64,000 nucleotides of DNA, taken from the human T2T-CHM13v2.0 reference genome, Homo sapiens. The position numbers were made by a program, and so were the translations under genes. Numbering within the stretch: position 1 is the first letter of the stretch; each line of letters starts with the position of its first letter. Shown one piece after another: positions 57,425 through 64,000 of the stretch. Under the pieces are notes generated by a model that saw only the letters and a program-made list of their open reading frames with translations, was not told the origin of the DNA and did no database searches. The stretch lies in NCBI RefSeq assembly GCF_009914755.1, contig NC_060944.1; one strand, 5' to 3'.

Positions 57425-59163
57425 TAACTAGCTGAGAACACAGGTGTGCACCACCATGCTTGGCTAATTTTTTTGTTTTTTTGAGAGACAGGGTCTCACT
57501 GTGTTGCCCAGGCTAGTCTTGAACTCTGGGACTCAAGCAATCCTTCCGCCTCAGCCTCCTAAAGTGCTGGCATTACAGGGGTGAGCCACAAGGCCCGGCC
57601 TCTCCCTGAGTTTTCTAATGTGTGTATATACACTCTTTTTTTTCTTTTTTCCGAGACAAGGTCTCTCTTAGTCACCCGGGTTGGAGTGCAGTGGTGCAAT
57701 CATGGCTCACTGCAGCCTTGAATTCTGGGCTCAAGTGGTCCTCCTACCATAGCCTCTGGAGTAGTTGGGACTACAAGCACCACCATGGCTGGCTGATTTT
57801 TTTATTTTTAGTAGTGATGGAGTCTGTGTTACCCAGACTGTTCTTTAACTCCTGGCCTCAAGTGATCCTCTCCTGTCAGCCTAACACTAATCCCAGAGTG
57901 TTAGGATTACAGGCGTGAACCACTGCCTTTGGCCATGTGTGTGCTCTTAGTCCTTGTTGATGCCACGAATTAGAGAGGTTCTGGAATTTTCTCATGTTCC
58001 TCAGAAACTCCATGTCCCATGGAGATGCTTGAGTGGCTCAGATTCACCTCTGTGAATTGTGGTTTGAACTGTAAGATGTGTACATTTGACTTGTGCTTAT
58101 CTGTCTTCACTCTTCCTTACAGAGGGGGATCTCTGTGTGTCCCAGATGGGGGATAACAAGGGTTTGGGAAGAGACTGTGGATCCCTGCCTAATCTCTAGG
58201 TCCTGAGGAAGGAAGAAAAGAATGGTCTGCATTTGTTCTAGTTTTTTATCTCCCCATGGAGTGGCTGGCCAGCTGCGGGAAGTGGAGGCGGCGAGGCCCC
58301 AGGCTGCTGTTTCTAGGAGTTGGCCTCATCACCCAGGTCCCTGGCTACCTGGGGTGTTTCTCTCATCCTCTGAGTGCCCTGGTTATGCCATGAGAGTCAG
58401 CCATGGTGGTATCTCCAGGTGACTAAGGTCACATACCAGCACACAAGGGTTCGTGTTTGTGGAACCTGGTAGCTTCCTTCAGAGCTGACATTTGCCCACA
58501 GCCAGCCTGGCCCAGCCCCATACCACCAGCCCTGGCGCTCTGGGGCGTGAGGTGCCTTTTCTGCCCCCCTGCTCTAGGGCAGGTGGAAATCACCCATGGT
58601 GGGTCTACATCTGATAGAAGCATCTTATAGTTCTGCTTCTGGACCAGACCATCCTGGGTTTTTCTCTGTTCTGCTGAAGGGTTCCCTCCACGTGTCCATC
58701 ACCTCGGTGAACTCTTGGGAGACCTGGGAAGATGCTGGCCTCACCTCTCGCCCCTCCTTTCCCTCATTGTGCTGCCACCATCCTTCTCACACAGGCTCTC
58801 CAGGGAGAGCTGGGCAGGATGGGATCTTCCTGGGTTCCCACCTTGCTCCGTGCCCCCTCTCACTGTTCCTGAAGTGTGGCCACGGACTGCCTTGTTTTCT
58901 GGAAAGTCCCAAGTCTGGACCATGACTGAGCAGCATTCTCGGCTATCTGCCACCTGTCTGGGGCTCCTGGCCCCTCTTAGACTCCCCTCTCCCTTCTGTT
59001 TCCCCCGAGCCCCTGACTTGGACCTGCAGGGTGGGGAGAGGGATGGGACGAGAACCTGTGCTGGGGCCAAAGGTCGCACTGGGGGAAGGTGGAGCCAGGG
59101 CAGCAGAGTGCCTGGCGTCGGCCCCTATCCTGTCACTAGTTCCCCCGTTCTGGCCCCTGGCAG

Positions 59164-59263
59164 GTTTGTAACCCCAGATCAGAAGTACTCCATGGACAAC
59201 ACTCCCCACACGCCAACCCCGTTCAAGAACGCCCTGGAGAAGTACGGACCCCTGAAGCCCCTG
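59164..59263 (+). CDS. MYBL2: B-Myb exon 10 (-FVTPDQKYSMDNTPHTPTPFKNALEKYGPLKPL)
   Basis: ggcag|G TTT...CTG|gtacg, 100 nt. Contains the Myb-family TPTPFK motif. Confidence 0.97.
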
Positions 59264-60688
59264 GTACGTGGTGTGGTCGCTGCCGTGGATCTCTGCACAG
59301 TGGGATCCCTTCGGTTCATCCAACCATGTTCAGTCCACAGGACCCTTCCCTCTGAGGTCTCATTTGATTCTTTCTCCTGAGAAGATGCAGAGATCCTGAT
59401 AATATAAATGGGGAAGCTGAGGCTGCTCTTTGTCACTTCCTCCGACTGCTCCTGAGCACCTGAGTTTGCAAGCACGCGCCGGCTGGTGCTAGAGACATGG
59501 TGGTATCCCGTGACACTCAGCCTCAGGATGGGGGAGACTGATGTGAAATACAAATAACTTAAACACTTTCAGGCAAAGATAAGCACTGGGCCTAGTTCAG
59601 AGAAGTGGCAAATTGCTACTCTGGCCTGTCTCTGACCAACTCCCAGTTCTCTACAGAGCACGGGAAAGCCCCTCGGGGACGTCTTTCCTGCAGTGTGCAG
59701 GCTGCCCTTCTCCCCTGCTCTTCCCAGTTGATGGGATGGTTGTGTTTTCTCTATGAAAAAAGGAGTTGGCACCTTGGGCTTTCTGAAACACACAGGTGTT
59801 TTAGAAATCAGTGGAGGGTGAGAGAAAGGCATGGTTGTGGAGGCACTGGACTGTGAACAAGGTCTGCAGCGGGTCCCCCTGCTGTCTCTCTCCACTGCAT
59901 GGAGCCTCCTATGAAGCCCAAGGTGGCTGGGGGCTGAGGCTCCCTTGGGCCTGCCATGGAACTGATTCTGAGTCAAGCAGACTTTCCACGGACCATGCTA
60001 CATGAGCCGAGGTGAGGCACTAGTTAGTGCTCCTTTCCTGTTGCAGTGGAGATTTGGCTCCTCTGTACTAAAATATCTGCATGCTCTCCAAACAGGTGTG
60101 AGGGCAAATCACATGACCTTGGCAGCTGTAATTAAAGTTTGTGGGGGCTTTTCGGATGACTTATGAGGAGTGGCTGTGATTCGCACCTTTCACTCTTAGT
60201 AGCACTCGCCCTCCCCTGTTCTCTGTTGCCTGAAGCTGGAGAGGTCCTTGGAACCCCGAGGCCTGAGAAAGGGAAATGGGTTTGAGAGCCCCCATTAGTG
60301 TGGAACAAAGGGTTGAGTGAGCCTGGGCTTTGAGCTGTCGGGGTCCTAATTCAGCAGCTGTGTGACTGTGTGCCAGGCTGTTGATCTCTGAGCTTCTGTT
60401 TCTACCTGCTTAAAATGACGGTTACTGCACAGGGCTGTGTGAGGGTTACAGTGCGTCTCTGGGCTGCTCCCAGCCATGGCAGGCCCCTGGGAATCAAGGT
60501 CATCAGCTGCTTGTCCAAGGCAGCAGTTAGTGGTTGTGAATGGTGCGTGTGAGATCTGCATCCTGGCGTCAGGCCTCCTTCCTGCCTTACCCAGGACAGC
60601 CCAGTTGCAGCTGGGTTGGTCCCACAGTCCCACACACACACAGCCCGAGTGTGGTGCCTCACGTGGGCTGCCCCGTGCCTACCCACAG

Positions 60689-60802
60689 CCACAGACCCCG
60701 CACCTGGAGGAGGACTTGAAGGAGGTGCTGCGTTCTGAGGCTGGCATCGAACTCATCATCGAGGACGACATCAGGCCCGAGAAGCAGAAGAGGAAGCCTG
60801 GG
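60689..60802 (+). CDS. MYBL2: B-Myb exon 11 (PQTPHLEEDLKEVL...EKQKRKPG)
   Basis: cacag|CCA...GGG|gtgagt, 114 nt, phase 0-0. Confidence 0.96.
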
Positions 60803-62202
60803 GTGAGTAGGGTAGGGGTGGGAGAGCCTGGGCAGGGGGAATTGGAGCCGTGGCATGGGGGAGGCGTCTGGGGACAGGTTGTAGAAAGTGAGGCGCTGGG
60901 GAGAATGGGGGCGTAGCATATCCCCTTTGCCCCCTTTCGCACGGTGGTTGTTGAGGAAACTGACAAGATAAGGACAGTGTCTCTGGGACCCTCCTCTGCT
61001 CTGCTTTGAAGGATTCACTTACTTATCCAGCATTGTGTTCGGACCCTGCTCAAGTTGGGCTGGGCTGGATGTGGTGGATGGAGCAGCAATTACGACCCAG
61101 ACTGGATCTCCCCTTAGTGTTCAGGGGGCAGAGACAGATGCTAGACAGACACACCATGACTGAATTCACAGGGTACCAAGGGCCGCAGAAAGGGAGGTTC
61201 CAAAGGAATCTTTTGGGTGGAGGCGAGGCGGTCGGGATGAGCCAGCCAGGCCAGGCAGTGCCTGGCTGAGTGTCAAGCTGCATGAGCTGGGGGTGGGGGA
61301 GTGGGTTCAGGTGAGGTGGAGTCTGCAGGGGCTCCTGGGCAGGGGGGCAGGGAAGGGACTGTCCCAAGCCTCCGTTCTATGCCAGCCTCCCTCCCACTGC
61401 GTCGTTAGCTTTCATGACAGTGCGCGATCCCTTCGAGTCTCCTAGTGCTCCTTTTTCCCAGACTGCTCTCCTCAAGGGAGAGCTGGGAACGGTGGGATGT
61501 ACAGGGTGTTAGGTAAGGAGGGGAGGTGGGCGGTCAGCCTGGGCGGGACTTGCCCGAGCTGGCACCCCATGTGCACGTGGAGAGAACTTGGCCTCTGGCC
61601 TCCAGGGTCCTCCCTGGCCTCTCCTTGGTGGGGATGGTTGTGAGCCATGGCAGCCCCTGCTGAGTGCACTGTTGGGTAGAGTGGGGATGTGACTCTCAGA
61701 GCCGCTCCCTGGTATCGGAGCAGGCCCTGGACCTGCTTCTGTGAGGTGCACGGTTAGGAATGGGGCGTTCCTTGATTGTATTAGGCATTGTAGAGGGGCT
61801 TGTCCTGAGGGGTTTGTGTTCCCATATTACTGGCCTGTGGGTGCTATTTTAGGTGTTACTGGGGTGATTCTCTGCTGGGCCTGTTTGAGGGGCTGTGTCT
61901 GGTCCATTCGGGGTGAGAACAGGTCACTTCGTGGTGGAGGTTCATGCTGTGTTCCTGCTCACTGTCGCAGCACCTGGCAGGATAGGGTCTACCTTGGGTA
62001 CAGAGTCTAATGGGGCCATGGGGCCTAACTTTCCCAGCCACCCCATTCTTCTGACAGCAGATTCCCACTAGCTGGGCCTTGCTCCAAGTCTGCACTGCAG
62101 CAGGGCCTGGTTTTGTGACCATCCATGGCCATGACCATCCAGGTGCTGACCATGGGGAATCCAGACACTCACCCTAACCCCCTTCTATCTGCCAACCCCT
62201 AG

Positions 62203-62307
62203 CTGCGGCGGAGCCCCATCAAGAAAGTCCGGAAGTCTCTGGCTCTTGACATTGTGGATGAGGATGTGAAGCTGATGATGTCCACACTGCCCAAGTCTCT
62301 ATCCTTG
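62203..62307 (+). CDS. MYBL2: B-Myb exon 12 (LRRSPIKKVRKSLALDIVDEDVKLMMSTLPKSLSL); gene continues beyond the window
   Basis: cctag|CTG...TTG|gtaag, 105 nt, S577-P. Cumulative CDS is 1824 nt with no stop yet. Translated by hand because it is not in the ORF track. Confidence 0.96.
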
Positions 62308-62582
62308 GTAAGGCTTCTGCTCCTTGGAACTGTTGAGTTTTGGAGAGGACCCTCAAGGTGGAGTTAGTGTAGTGACTCTCCAACTGGGCTTCTGGAACCC
62401 TGGGCTCTGCAGGGAGGGGCTATCAGGGAGGGTGGGTCCGGGCACCCACTCATGGCTTCAGTCAGCAGCTCTGCTTGTCTCTCACAGAAGGTTTTGTTTG
62501 GCAGAGTTGCGCGGCTAGGACATGTTTTAAAAACATGCATCTGGGTCTCCTGCGCTCTCCCAGAGAGGGTCAGTGATGTGTC

Positions 62583-62887
<305 letters not shown>

Positions 62888-63796
62888 TAGTAATGTGTCT
62901 TAAGGTATAGCCAGGCACTTGGGCACATTAGTCCTGGGATGGGTGCTATACAGCCCCCAGGCCAGTGGACTTGCTGTGCCGGGTGCTACAGTGAGGTCGA
63001 CCTCAGAAAGGGGGTTGTTGCCTGTGCAGAGCCTGGGTCCCCAGAAGCCAGGGTGTGCTGCTGATCCCTCTCTGCTCACAATGGGGTGAGTTGGCTTGCC
63101 CTGGCTCAGAGTGGGGAGGCGGTGAGAGGCATGGCGGCGTCATGAACAAAGGTTAAGGGTTGCCTGATCTTCCAAGTAGACTGCTGCCCTCACGGTCCTT
63201 GCAGAGAAACCTTGTCCTGGCTAGGGGTCTCTGACAGGCTGGGGACCTGCAGCCAGGTTACTGCAAAGAAAAAAACATCACCGCAGGGAGTGAAGAGCAC
63301 AGATTGAGTCAGGTGGGCCTGGGTTTGAGTTATGACACCATCACTGCTCTCTGGGATCTTTCAGGTTCCCTGAGCCCCAGTTAAAAGCCTATAAAAGGGG
63401 TGCCAAGCCTAAGTCAGGAGGGCACAGTGCCAAGCAGAGCAGAGAGACTGGAAGGGCGTGGGAGGGGCTTTGTGCAACTCCGCTGTGCTTGGGGTTGAAG
63501 CTGCGTCTTTATGATGCTTGTGGATGTTTCTGGTCCCAGGAAAACTAGGAACAGCCTTGGCTCCTCCTGAGGCTTTATGTGACAAAGCCAACGTTATTGA
63601 GTATGTTATTACTGGATAATGCTCAGTGATACTCCACATTTATTGATTATGTTATTATGGCCTGGGGGCTGCACGGCACCCATCCCAGGGCTGATGTGCC
63701 CCCACGTACTTGACTGTGCCTCCAGACACACCACTGAATCAGGCTCTGAAACGCACACACGTTTCTTTACTTGATTACTTGATTTTTTTTTTTTAA

Positions 63797-64000
<204 letters not shown>

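Noticed and set aside
58715-59380. 221-aa ORF and other ORF-track extensions around exons
   Set aside because: Only the internal exon portions match B-Myb and are bounded by splice sites. The flanks are read-through into introns.

Overview
Human (primate) genomic DNA, very Alu-rich, containing the 5' part of MYBL2 (B-Myb) on the + strand. The CpG-island promoter carries GC boxes and an E2F/CHR-like element. Coding exons 1-12 can be assembled by hand: all introns are GT-AG and the 1824 nt give aa 1-608. The C-terminal exons lie beyond the window. Upstream of the gene are a processed RPL27A pseudogene split by a young AluYb8, nested inside a fragmented MLT1 LTR, and a second 'orphan' CpG island about 9.5 kb before the start codon. 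That island has a perfect CRE and a strong-Kozak ORF and sits next to an LTR8 remnant. Introns hold a 5'-truncated sense SVA, MLT1B, LTR16-like, L1, L2 and MIR fragments and many Alus. I see no prokaryotic-type system and no tRNA, rRNA or CRISPR. The best leads are the Alu-disrupted but otherwise intact RPL27A ORF, the orphan CpG island, the inverted-Alu-flanked exon 8(-9) circRNA architecture, the intronic SVA poly(A) signal and several fold-back palindromes. Exon coordinates were counted directly. Repeat boundaries and subfamilies are approximate and were assigned from remembered consensus sequences.
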